DNA of 35,263 bases from positions 1 to 35,263 of the forward strand of contig JALVTX010000144.1 in assembly GCA_027035825.1 (NCBI GenBank). The letters run 5' to 3'. The translations under genes were made by a program, and so were the position numbers. Under the pieces are notes generated by a model. It saw nothing but the letters and a program-made list of their open reading frames with translations, ran no database searches and was not told where the DNA came from. Below, in pieces: positions 26,014 to 35,263 of the stretch. Origin of the DNA: Mariprofundaceae bacterium (GTDB taxonomy: Bacteria > Pseudomonadota > Zetaproteobacteria > Mariprofundales > Mariprofundaceae). Each line of letters begins with the position of its first letter. The stretch's first letter is position 1.

Positions 26014-26454
26014 ATGGCAACCGTGATTCGTTTGCAGCGTGGCGGGCGCAAGAAACGGCCGTTCTATTCCGTGGTGGTGATGGACTCGCGAGCCCGTCGC
26101 GATGGCGCCTTCATCGAGAAGGTGGGCTATTTCGACCCCTGCCGCGAGCCGGATGTCATCGAGCTGAACGTGGAGCGCATTCGCGCCTGGGAAGAGCAGG
26201 GCGCGCAGATTTCTCCGCGCGTGGCCAGCCTCGTGAAGCGCTTCGAGAACCCGGAACTGGTCGAGAAGGAGAAGGCCAGGGCCGAGGCCAAGGCCGCCGC
26301 CAAGGCGGAAGCGGAGGCCCGCGCCGCCGCCGAAGCCGCTGCCAAGGCCGAGGAAGAGGCCAAGGCTGCCGAGGAAGCGACCGCGGAGGCCGAGTCTGGT
26401 GAGGCCGCCGAGGAGGACGCCGCCGGCGAGGGCGAGGAGCAGGCCGACGCCTGA
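26014..26454 (+). CDS. rpsP: 30S ribosomal protein S16 with an Ala/Glu/Lys-rich C-terminal extension
   Basis: [42 protein letters not shown]...[23 protein letters not shown] is a canonical S16 core (~80 aa). It is followed by a ~65-aa tail, [63 protein letters not shown]. Confidence 0.95.
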   Translation: MATVIRLQRGGRKKRPFYSVVVMDSRARRDGAFIEKVGYFDPCREPDVIELNVERIRAWEEQGAQISPRVASLVKRFENPELVEKEKARAEAKAAAKAEAEARAAAEAAAKAEEEAKAAEEATAEAESGEAAEEDAAGEGEEQADA

Positions 26455-26989
26455 GCGTTTTCTTCACATCGGTGAAATCACGCGCCCGCATGGACTGAAG
26501 GGGGCGCTGGTCGTTTTTTCGCATACCCGGCCTGCCATCGGCATTGCCGGGTATTCTTTTTGGTGGGTGGGGCCGTCCGCCGGGGCGGCGAAGCGCCACC
26601 GCGTCATCCGGTGCTGGCAGCATGGCCGGCGCATTCTGGCGCAGCTCGAGGGCGTTGATGATGTGGCCGCGGCCGAGGCGCTGCGCGGCGCCCGGATATG
26701 GATTCCGGCCGAGGCCGTGGACGTGGCCGAGGACGAATACCTCTGGGCCGATCTCATCGGTTGCGACGTGGTGCGCGAGGACGGCAGCCTGGTGGGGCGC
26801 GTGACTGCGCTCTCGGATTTCGGCGCCCAGGACATCCTGCTGGTGCGCGCGCCGGCCGAAACCGGGCGGCCGGGCGAGTGGATGCTGCCGTTCACCGAAC
26901 AGGTGGTGCGCGAGGTGGACGTGGCCGCGCGGCGCATCGTCGTTGTCCTGCCGGAAGGGATGGATGCATGTTTCACGCCCAGATCCTGA
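26399..26989 (+). CDS. rimM: Ribosome maturation factor RimM (start uncertain)
   Basis: [22 protein letters not shown]...[28 protein letters not shown]...[37 protein letters not shown]...[26 protein letters not shown] matches RimM (PRC-barrel) organisation. The only canonical in-frame start upstream of the conserved N-terminus is GTG 26399, which overlaps rpsP by 56 nt. Confidence 0.85.
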   Translation: MRPPRRTPPARARSRPTPERFLHIGEITRPHGLKGALVVFSHTRPAIGIAGYSFWWVGPSAGAAKRHRVIRCWQHGRRILAQLEGVDDVAAAEALRGARIWIPAEAVDVAEDEYLWADLIGCDVVREDGSLVGRVTALSDFGAQDILLVRAPAETGRPGEWMLPFTEQVVREVDVAARRIVVVLPEGMDACFTPRS

Positions 26990-27699
26990 CGCTGTTTCCC
27001 GAGTTTTTTGATTCGCCACTGTCCTGCTCGATTCCGAAGCGGGCGATCGAGGCAGGGCTGGCGCGGGTGGACTGCATCCAGATGCGGGACTTCGCCACCG
27101 ACCGGCATCGCACGGTGGACGATGCGCCCTACGGCGGCGGGCCGGGCATGGTGCTCAAGCCCGAGCCGGTGGTGGCGGCCATCCGCGAGGCCCGGCGCCG
27201 GCATGCGGACACCCGCGTGGTGATGCTGACGCCCGGCGGCCGCCGGTTCACGCAGGACGTGGCGCTGGAATACGCCGCCAGTCCCGGCGTCACGTTGCTG
27301 TGCGGGCGATACGAGGGATTTGACGAGCGCATTTGCGATTACGTGGACGAGCAGCTCTCGCTGGGCGATTATGTGCTCTCGGGCGGGGAACCGGCGGCGC
27401 TCTGCGTGCTGGACGCCGTCATCCGGCTGTTGCCGGGCGTGCTGGGCAGCCCGGAATCGGCGGTGCTGGATTCCTTCACCGAGGAGGGCATTCTCGACTG
27501 GCCGCACTATACGCGGCCGGAGGTCTTCGAGGGCAAGCGGGTGCCCCAGGTGCTGCTTTCGGGCAACCATGCCGAGATCGAGCGCTGGCGACGCGAGCAG
27601 GCCCGGCTGCGCTCGGAGGCGCGGCGACGCCTGTGCGAGAAAGCGCGGGAGGAAACGCGGAAAGGAGCGCAGAAAAAAGATTCGGGACAGGGGGATTGA
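26968..27699 (+). CDS. trmD: tRNA (guanine37-N1)-methyltransferase TrmD
   Basis: [18 protein letters not shown]...IPKRAIEAGL...RDFATDRHRTVDDAPYGGGPGMVLKPEPV...LTPGGRRFTQ...LLCGRYEGFDERI...DEQLSLGDYVLSGGEPAALCVLDAVIRLLPGVLG...YTRPEVFEG..VPQVLLSGNHAEIERWRR. ATG at 26968 overlaps rimM by 22 nt. Confidence 0.96.
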   Translation: MFHAQILTLFPEFFDSPLSCSIPKRAIEAGLARVDCIQMRDFATDRHRTVDDAPYGGGPGMVLKPEPVVAAIREARRRHADTRVVMLTPGGRRFTQDVALEYAASPGVTLLCGRYEGFDERICDYVDEQLSLGDYVLSGGEPAALCVLDAVIRLLPGVLGSPESAVLDSFTEEGILDWPHYTRPEVFEGKRVPQVLLSGNHAEIERWRREQARLRSEARRRLCEKAREETRKGAQKKDSGQGD

Positions 27700-27721
27700 A
27701 AGCGGCGCTGGCCGACCCCAC
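27696..27721 (+). promoter_or_regulatory. Sigma32 (RpoH)-type heat-shock promoter upstream of grpE
   Basis: TTGAAA (27696-27701), 14-bp spacer, CCCCAC (27716-27721). Compare the E. coli sigma32 consensus CTTGAAA-N13-15-CCCCATnT. The -35 element overlaps the trmD stop codon. Confidence 0.6.
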
Positions 27722-27784
27722 AGAGGATGAGGCCCGCGAAGCGCGCGGCCAAGTCTGGAGAACAGCATCATCAGGAGCATTCCA

Positions 27785-28444
27785 TTGAGCAAGCCATCGA
27801 ACAAGCCGAACAAGAAGGCCGCCGGCAAGCAGCAGGGCAAGGCCTCGCCGGAAGCGCCGGAGCGGCAGGCGGCGGAAGCGGAGGCCCTCGAAGAGCCCTT
27901 GGAAGAACAGGCGGGCGGGGACGAGGAGCTCCGGAAGGAGCTGGCCGAGGCGCGCGAGGAAATCGAGCGGCTGAAGGACAAGCTGCTGCGCGCCCATGCC
28001 GAGATGGACAACCTGCGCAAGCGCACCGAGCGGCAGATCGAGGAGGCGCGCAAGTACGCCATCGAGAAGTTCGCCCTGGCGCTCTTGGACGTGGTGGACA
28101 ACCTGGAGCGGGCGCTGGCCGTGGAAGAAGGCAACGAGGCCGCGCTGCGCGAGGGGCTGAAGATGACGCTGGATGCCTGGCACGCGGTGATGCGCAAGTT
28201 CGAGATGGAGCGCATTGACGCCGTGGGCCAGCCGTTCGACCCGCATCATCACGAGGCGTTGTCGCACATGCCGAGCGAGGAGCATCCCGAGGGCGTGGTG
28301 GCGGCCCAGCACGTGGCGGGCTACAAGCTCAGCGGCCGGCTGCTGCGGCCGGCGAGGGTGCTGGTTTCCTCCGGCGCGCCGGGCGGGGGCGACGAGCAGG
28401 AACAGAAGGAAAACGAGGCGCCGCCGAAGTCCGACAAGGCGTAG
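27785..28444 (+). CDS. grpE: Nucleotide exchange factor GrpE
   Basis: 219 aa. TTG start 7 nt after AGGAG (27773-27777). LKDKLLRAHAEMDNLRKRTERQIEEARKYAIEKFALALLDVVDNLERAL...FDPHHHEAL...V.AQHVAGYKLSGRLLRPARVLVS. Confidence 0.93.
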   Translation: MSKPSNKPNKKAAGKQQGKASPEAPERQAAEAEALEEPLEEQAGGDEELRKELAEAREEIERLKDKLLRAHAEMDNLRKRTERQIEEARKYAIEKFALALLDVVDNLERALAVEEGNEAALREGLKMTLDAWHAVMRKFEMERIDAVGQPFDPHHHEALSHMPSEEHPEGVVAAQHVAGYKLSGRLLRPARVLVSSGAPGGGDEQEQKENEAPPKSDKA

Positions 28445-28461
28445 GCCGGCGCGGGTTCAGG

Positions 28462-28488
28462 CTTGAAACCTTCCATTCCCGCCCCCAT
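28462..28488 (+). promoter_or_regulatory. Sigma32 (RpoH)-type heat-shock promoter upstream of dnaK
   Basis: CTTGAAA (28462-28468), 14-bp spacer, CCCCAT(AG) (28483-28488), in the 107-bp grpE-dnaK spacer. Near-perfect match to CTTGAAA / CCCCATnT. Confidence 0.7.
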
Positions 28489-28551
28489 AGAGAGTGAGCG
28501 GAACAAAACAGGAAGAAAACCGGAAACAAACCAAACAACGGGAGAAGCGAC

Positions 28552-30477
<1,926 letters not shown>

Positions 30478-30620
30478 GCCGCCGGGCCTTGGCGGTGACT
30501 GGCTGGCACGCCTCCGCGTGGCGCATCCGGGGCAACGGGCGTCGCGCGGGGGCGGCTGGCGTATTTGAAGAAGAAGATTGAGGAAGGCTGAGAAACAGGA
30601 ACGAAAAAGAGAGGGGCGCT

Positions 30621-31763
30621 GTGCCAACCAAACGCGATTATTACGAGATTCTGGGCGTGTCCCGCGACGCGGACATCAACGAGATCAAGCGCGCCTACCG
30701 CAAGCTGGCGATGAAGTATCACCCCGACCGCAACAAGGATGACGCGGAGGCGGCGGAGAAGTTCCGCGAGGTGACCGAGGCGTACGAGGTGCTCTCCGAT
30801 GCGGAGAAGCGCAAGCGCTACGACCAGTACGGCCACGCCGGCGTGGACGACCAGATGCAGGATTTCTGGAGCCGGGGCGGCTTCCAGGAGTCGCACGCCT
30901 TCCGCGACTTCGGCGACGTGTTCGGCGACATCTTTGGCGACATCTTCGGGTTTGGCGGCGCGCGCAGCGGTCGCGGCGCGGACTTGCGCTACCAGCTGGA
31001 GCTGAGCCTGGAGGATGCGGCCCGCGGACGCGAGGTGGAGCTGGAGATTCCCAAGCAGATGACCTGCGACACCTGTCACGGCAGCGGCGCGCGGCCCGGC
31101 ACCAGCCCCGTGCCGTGCCGCACCTGCGGCGGCCACGGGCAGGTGCAGATGCAGCAGGGATTCTTCGCGATCCGCCGCACCTGTCCCGAGTGCCACGGGC
31201 AGGGCGTGCGCATTGAGTCGCCCTGCGTCGCCTGCGGCGGTGCGGGCCGGGTGCGCCGGAGCAAGAAGTTGAAGGTGCGCATTCCGCCCGGCGTCTATGA
31301 TGGCGCGCAGGTGCGCGTGGCCGGCGAGGGCGAGGCCGGCGTGCAGGGCGGGCCGCCGGGCGATTTGTACATCGTCGTGCGGCTGAAGAAGCACCCCATC
31401 TTCGAGCGCGATGGCGCCGACCTCTACTGCGACATGCCCATCACCTTCCCGCAGGCGGCGCTGGGCGCGGAGGTGGAGGCGCCGACGCTGGAGGGTCGGG
31501 TGAAGATTCGCATCCCGGCCGGCACCCAAGGCGGCAAGGTGTTCCGCGTGCGCGGCAAGGGCGTGCCTGACATTCGCGAGAACCGCACCGGCGATCTCTA
31601 CGTGCGGGTGCGAATTGCCGTGCCCAAGCGCCTGAGCAAGCGGCAGGAGGAGTTGTTGCGCGAGTTCGCTGCGGAAACGGGGGACGAGGTCTATCCTGAA
31701 CGGGCCTCGTTCCTGGACAAGGTGAAGCGATTCTGGGACGACCTGGCGGGGGATGTGCGATGA
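30621..31763 (+). CDS. dnaJ: Molecular chaperone DnaJ (Hsp40)
   Basis: 380 aa with a GTG start. J-domain [35 protein letters not shown], a G/F-rich linker, and four CxxCxGxG zinc-finger motifs ([32 protein letters not shown]). Confidence 0.98.
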   Translation: MPTKRDYYEILGVSRDADINEIKRAYRKLAMKYHPDRNKDDAEAAEKFREVTEAYEVLSDAEKRKRYDQYGHAGVDDQMQDFWSRGGFQESHAFRDFGDVFGDIFGDIFGFGGARSGRGADLRYQLELSLEDAARGREVELEIPKQMTCDTCHGSGARPGTSPVPCRTCGGHGQVQMQQGFFAIRRTCPECHGQGVRIESPCVACGGAGRVRRSKKLKVRIPPGVYDGAQVRVAGEGEAGVQGGPPGDLYIVVRLKKHPIFERDGADLYCDMPITFPQAALGAEVEAPTLEGRVKIRIPAGTQGGKVFRVRGKGVPDIRENRTGDLYVRVRIAVPKRLSKRQEELLREFAAETGDEVYPERASFLDKVKRFWDDLAGDVR

Positions 31764-32563
31764 TGCGAGTGATTGTGACCGGCGCTTCCGGGCGCATGGG
31801 GCGGATGCTGGTTCGCGCCGTGGCCGAGCGCGACGACGCGGAACTGGTGGGCGCGACGGAAAAGGCTGGCTCGGTGCTGGTGGGAACGGATGCCGGCAAG
31901 CTGGCCGGCGCGGGTTCGCTCGGCGTGCCGCTGGTGGACGACGTGACGAAGCTGCCGGAGGCCGACGTGCTGATTGACTTCACCACGCCGGAGGCCTGCC
32001 TCGATTACGCGCGGCTGGCGGCGGAGCGCGGCCTGCGCATGGTCATCGGCACCACCGGCCATGACGCGCTTCAGATGGAGGCGCTGCGCCAGACGCTTGC
32101 GTCCACGCCGGTGGTGATGGCGGCCAACTACTCGGTGGGCGTGAACCTGGCGCTGCAACTGATTCGCCAAGCGGCGCGGGTGCTGGGGCCGGAATACGAC
32201 GCCGAGATCTTCGAGGCTCATCACCGGCACAAGGTGGACGCGCCCAGCGGCACGGCGCTGGCCATGGGCCGATCGCTGGCCGATGGCCGCGGCGTGAAGC
32301 TGGAGGACGTGGCCGTCTATGCGCGCGAGGGCATCACCGGGGCGCGCGAGCCCGGCAGCATTGGCTTTGCCGTGGTGCGCGCCGGCAGCATCGTGGGCGA
32401 GCACAAGGCGATGTTCGTTTCCGACGAGGAGCGGGTGGAGATTGGCCACATCGCCAGCGACCGCATGGTGTTCGCCAAGGGCGCGGTGCGCGCCGCACGC
32501 TGGCTGATGGACAGGCCGGCGGGCTGGTATGGCATGGAGCACGTGCTGGGCTTTGCCGAATGA
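31760..32563 (+). CDS. dapB: 4-hydroxy-tetrahydrodipicolinate reductase
   Basis: 267 aa. [17 protein letters not shown]..., [44 protein letters not shown]. The start ATG overlaps the dnaJ stop (ATGA at 31760-31763). Confidence 0.96.
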   Translation: MMRVIVTGASGRMGRMLVRAVAERDDAELVGATEKAGSVLVGTDAGKLAGAGSLGVPLVDDVTKLPEADVLIDFTTPEACLDYARLAAERGLRMVIGTTGHDALQMEALRQTLASTPVVMAANYSVGVNLALQLIRQAARVLGPEYDAEIFEAHHRHKVDAPSGTALAMGRSLADGRGVKLEDVAVYAREGITGAREPGSIGFAVVRAGSIVGEHKAMFVSDEERVEIGHIASDRMVFAKGAVRAARWLMDRPAGWYGMEHVLGFAE

Positions 32564-32913
32564 CGGCCGTTCTCTGGGGCATCCGCCAGTGCGACACCAT
32601 GCGCAAGGCCATGCGCTGGCTGGACGCGCGCGGCGTGGGCTGGACGTTCCGCGACTATCGCGACCCGCCCGTGGATGACGAGACGCTGCTCCGCTGGGCG
32701 GCTACCTCGGGCTGGGAGCGGCTGCTGAACCGGCGCGGCCTGACCTGGCGCAAGCTGGATGCGGACGCCCGCGCCGACCTGGACGCGGAGAAGGCCCTTG
32801 GCCTGATGCGGGAGCATCCGACGCTCATCAAGCGGCCGGTGCTGGAGCTGGATGACGGGCGCGTGGAGATCGGCTTTTCGCCGGAACGCTACGCGGCCCT
32901 CTTCCACGATTGA
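32560..32913 (+). CDS. ArsC/Spx-family protein, YffB-like
   Basis: 117 aa. LWGIRQCDTMRKAMRWLDARGV.W.FRDYR...W..LLNRRGLTWRKLD......LM.EHPTLIKRPVLE parallels E. coli YffB (YGIKNCDTIKKARRWLE...LLNTRGTTWRKLD...IIKRPLL). ATGA overlap with the dapB stop. Confidence 0.88.
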   Translation: MTAVLWGIRQCDTMRKAMRWLDARGVGWTFRDYRDPPVDDETLLRWAATSGWERLLNRRGLTWRKLDADARADLDAEKALGLMREHPTLIKRPVLELDDGRVEIGFSPERYAALFHD

Positions 32914-32948
32914 GGCCCGGAGTCAGGCCTCGCCCCGTGTCGCGATCC

Positions 32949-33614
32949 ATGTCCCATGTCATCAGGCAGGAGCGGCTGTTCATCCCCGGCCCGGTCGGGC
33001 GCTTGCAGGCGCTCCACGAGCCGGGCGAGCCCGGGCGGCCCGCTGTGGTCATCTGCCATCCCCATCCGCTGTTTGGCGGCACCATGCGCAACAAGGTCGT
33101 GTACTGGATGGCCCGGGCCTTTGGCGATGCGGGCTGCGCCACGCTGCGCTTCAACTTTCGCGGCGTGGAACAGAGCGACGGCGCATGGGATGAGGGGCGC
33201 GGCGAGACGCGGGACGCGGCCGCGGCGCTGGACTGGATGGCCGGGCGGCATGCCGGCGCGCCGCTGTGGCTGGCGGGGTTCTCCTTCGGCTGCTACGCGG
33301 GGCTCGCGGCCGCGCGCGAGGATGCGCGCGTGGCGCGGATGTTCGCGGTGGCGCCGGCCGTGAATCACTGGGACTTCTCCTTCATGCGCGGCGAGACGCG
33401 GCCCGTGGTGGTGATTGCCGGCACGAAGGACGAGATCGTGCCCTTTCAGGCCGTGCGCGCCGCCGTGCGCGCGATCGAGGCGGACGGGAACGTTCGTTTT
33501 CACGCCATAGAGGGGGCGGGGCACTTCTTCCCGGAGCATCAGGCCGAGCTGCAACGTATCCTGCGCGAGGAAATCGCGGCGGGCCTTTCGCCTCGCCCCG
33601 ACGGGTCGGATTGA
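32949..33614 (+). CDS. Alpha/beta-fold hydrolase (uncharacterised family)
   Basis: PAVVICHPHPLFGGTMRNKVVYWMA..., nucleophile elbow GFSFG, ...VVIAGTKDEIVP..., GAGHFF. I placed the start at ATG 32949 (MSHVIRQ). The track ORF starts at TTG 32910, which overlaps the previous stop and is also possible. Confidence 0.8.
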   Translation: MSHVIRQERLFIPGPVGRLQALHEPGEPGRPAVVICHPHPLFGGTMRNKVVYWMARAFGDAGCATLRFNFRGVEQSDGAWDEGRGETRDAAAALDWMAGRHAGAPLWLAGFSFGCYAGLAAAREDARVARMFAVAPAVNHWDFSFMRGETRPVVVIAGTKDEIVPFQAVRAAVRAIEADGNVRFHAIEGAGHFFPEHQAELQRILREEIAAGLSPRPDGSD

Positions 33615-33683
33615 CGAAATTCGAGCATTGTTCTAACCTGCCATCAGCCCCTTTGACTGCCATGCTTGGCACGGGAGGAAGCA

Positions 33684-33938
33684 ATGCGCAAGCGATTGAC
33701 GCCCATTGGCAACAGCCTTGGCCTCATCATCGAGAAACCCATTCTCAATCTGCTCGGCATCGACCGGAACACGGAGCTGGAAATCACCACGGACGGCAAG
33801 CGGCTGGTGATCCAGCCGGTGGGCGCGGAGCGCGCCGCGCCGGCGGCCAAGTCCGCGTCCAGGCGCGAGGACAAGCCGATTTCCGTCCGCGAGGTGGGCA
33901 AGAGTTTCCTGGACGAGCTGCGCGACGCCTTCAAGTAG
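33684..33938 (+). CDS. AbrB/MazE/SpoVT-family DNA-binding protein (antitoxin-like), no partner gene
   Basis: ATG 33684 follows GGGAGGAAG. MRKRLTPIGNSLGLIIEKPILNLLGIDRNTELEITTDGKRLVIQPV is a swapped-hairpin AbrB/MazE-type N-domain, followed by a ~35-aa charged tail. 84 aa. Confidence 0.75.
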   Translation: MRKRLTPIGNSLGLIIEKPILNLLGIDRNTELEITTDGKRLVIQPVGAERAAPAAKSASRREDKPISVREVGKSFLDELRDAFK

Positions 33939-33980
33939 TGGAACAGGCCCCAAGCGCCGCCCGAGTCAAGCGAGGGTGCG

Positions 33981-34745
33981 CTACAGCAGGTGCAGGGCGT
34001 CCGGGAGATCGGCAATGGAAGGCAGCACGAGATCGGCGCGGATGCCGCTGCGCTTGACGAAATCGGCGCGATACTTGCCTGTCTGCACCAGCGCCGCCTT
34101 CAGGCCCGCCTGCTGCGCCCCGCCGATGTCCGATTCCACGTCGTCACCCACCATCAGCGTCGCCTCGGGCGGAACGCCCAGCTCCCGGCAGATGCCGAGA
34201 AAGAAGTCCCGCGAGGGCTTGCCGAGCACCACGGCCCGGACGCCGGCGGCGTACTCGATGGCGGCGACAAAGGCGCCGAGGTCCAAATGCAAGCCGTCCG
34301 GCTTCTTCCAGAAGCGGTTCTTGTGCAGCGCCAGGAGCTCCGCGCCGTCCAGCACGCGCAGGAAAATCTCGCGCAGCGTTTCCGGCGGGTAGCCCTCGCC
34401 GCCGATGTCTCCCATCACCACCGCCTCGGGGTGCGCCGCATCCTCGCGCACGTCTTGCAGGTCTTCGCGCAAGGCATCCTGCACGTGCAGCATGGCGCGC
34501 CGCTGGCCGAGGCGGGCCGCGGCCAGCGCCGCCGGGGTGTGGATGTCCTCGGCCGCCAGCGGTACGCCCATGGCCGCGAGCTTGTCCATGATCTGCCGCC
34601 GCGAGCGGGTGGTGGTGTTGGTGACGCCGGCGAGCTTCAGGCCGGCCTCGCGCAAGGCGCGCACGGCCTCGGCCGCGCCGGCGATGGATTCGTCGCCGAC
34701 GTAGAGCACGCCGTCGAGATCAAGCAGGATGGCCTGGATGTTCAT
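33981..34745 (-). CDS. HAD-superfamily subfamily IIA hydrolase (NagD/LHPP-like phosphatase)
   Basis: Starts at MNIQAILLDLDGVLYVG (DxDG motif I; ATG at 34745). ...GVTNTTT (motif II), GKPS (motif III Lys), MVGDDVESDIGGAQQAG (motif IV). The longer track ORF (to 34949) adds 68 non-conserved codons upstream. Confidence 0.88.
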   Translation of the reverse strand: MNIQAILLDLDGVLYVGDESIAGAAEAVRALREAGLKLAGVTNTTTRSRRQIMDKLAAMGVPLAAEDIHTPAALAAARLGQRRAMLHVQDALREDLQDVREDAAHPEAVVMGDIGGEGYPPETLREIFLRVLDGAELLALHKNRFWKKPDGLHLDLGAFVAAIEYAAGVRAVVLGKPSRDFFLGICRELGVPPEATLMVGDDVESDIGGAQQAGLKAALVQTGKYRADFVKRSGIRADLVLPSIADLPDALHLL

Positions 34746-34893
34746 GCCGGGATTGTAGCAAAACGTGTCGATGTATGCGGGCGGAGCGTCGGACTGAAGT
34801 CCGCCCAGGTCTGACCCACAAAGGAAGCCCGCGCGCGAGATGCAGCGGGTCGCCCAGCCTGATAAACTCCGCAAAAATTTGAACGGGACAAGG

Positions 34894-35263
34894 ATGATGA
34901 CGGAACAGGAACTGTTGACGATGTACGAGGATGCGGGCGCGCTGCTCACGGGGCATTTCGTGCTCTCCAGCGGGCGGCATTCGCCGCGCTATCTGCAATC
35001 GGCCCGGGTGCTGATGCATCCGGAGCATGCGGAGGCGCTGGGGCGCGCGTTGGCCGAGGAGGCGCGGGACCTGGACGTGGCGATGGTCGTTTCGCCCGCG
35101 CTGGGCGGGCTCATCATCGGCCACGAGGTGGCCCGTGCGCTGGGCAAGCCGATGATCTTCACCGAGCGCAAGGAAGGCGAGATGCAACTGCGGCGCGGTT
35201 TCACGATTCCCGAGGGCGCGCCGGTGCTGGTGGTGGAAGATGTCATCACCACCGGCGGCTCGG
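34894..35263 (+). CDS. pyrE: Orotate phosphoribosyltransferase, 5' part (runs off the window)
   Basis: Not in the ORF track because it is open-ended. My translation from ATG 34894 is MMTEQELLTMYEDAGALLTGHFVLSSGRHSPRYLQSARVLMHPEHAEALGRALAEEARDLDVAMVVSPALGGLIIGHEVARALGKPMIFTERKEGEMQLRRGFTIPEGAPVLVVEDVITTGGS. HF.LSSG.HS..Y.Q and VEDVITTGGS are PyrE/PRPP-binding hallmarks. Confidence 0.88.
   Translation, partial: MMTEQELLTMYEDAGALLTGHFVLSSGRHSPRYLQSARVLMHPEHAEALGRALAEEARDLDVAMVVSPALGGLIIGHEVARALGKPMIFTERKEGEMQLRRGFTIPEGAPVLVVEDVITTGGS

Noticed and set aside
26254-26454. S16 C-terminal Ala/Glu/Lys tail as a separate gene or a frameshift artefact
   Set aside because: The reading frame is continuous with the S16 core, with no internal start or SD, and extended low-complexity S16 tails are known in some lineages. 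It is kept as part of rpsP, and the rimM overlap is flagged separately.

Overview
35.3-kb window from a high-GC Gram-negative (proteobacterium-like) chromosome; I cannot name the organism. All calls come from reading the ORF translations and the DNA by eye. No searches were run, so family names are motif-level recognitions from memory.

Housekeeping flanks. Left: the 3' end of guaA, an FKBP-type PPIase and ffh. Right: rpsP-rimM-trmD, grpE-dnaK-dnaJ (grpE and dnaK each preceded by a textbook sigma32-type promoter), dapB, an ArsC/YffB-family gene, an alpha/beta hydrolase, a solo AbrB/MazE-type gene, a HAD-IIA hydrolase (minus strand) and the 5' end of pyrE.

Accessory block. About 23.5 kb (2503-26013) sits between ffh and rpsP, which are neighbours in many bacteria. 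It contains:
- a membrane hybrid histidine kinase convergent with a LuxR/NarL-type response regulator;
- a TolC-family outer-membrane gene whose stop overlaps (ATGA) the start of a 4160-aa DUF4347/RTX-repeat giant protein;
- a tightly packed five-gene cassette: a DUF3467-like small protein, a GAF-GAF-TM-HlyD adaptor, a 9-TM M50 (site-2-protease-type) metalloprotease fused to a HlyD adaptor, a C-terminally truncated SecA-like ATPase, and a small HlyD adaptor.

Main lead. The block has three membrane-fusion/adaptor modules plus TolC and a giant RTX-type cargo, but no ABC, RND or MFS transporter. The only ATPase is the SecA-like protein. I cannot assign this combination to any characterised secretion system.

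Secondary observations: a 100%-identical duplication inside the giant gene (an 807-bp unit followed by a 681-bp copy with a clean 42-codon deletion), a G9 tract in that gene and a G8 tract in the SecA-like gene, Ca-loop-like motifs, an rpsP tail that overlaps rimM, and no rplS after trmD.
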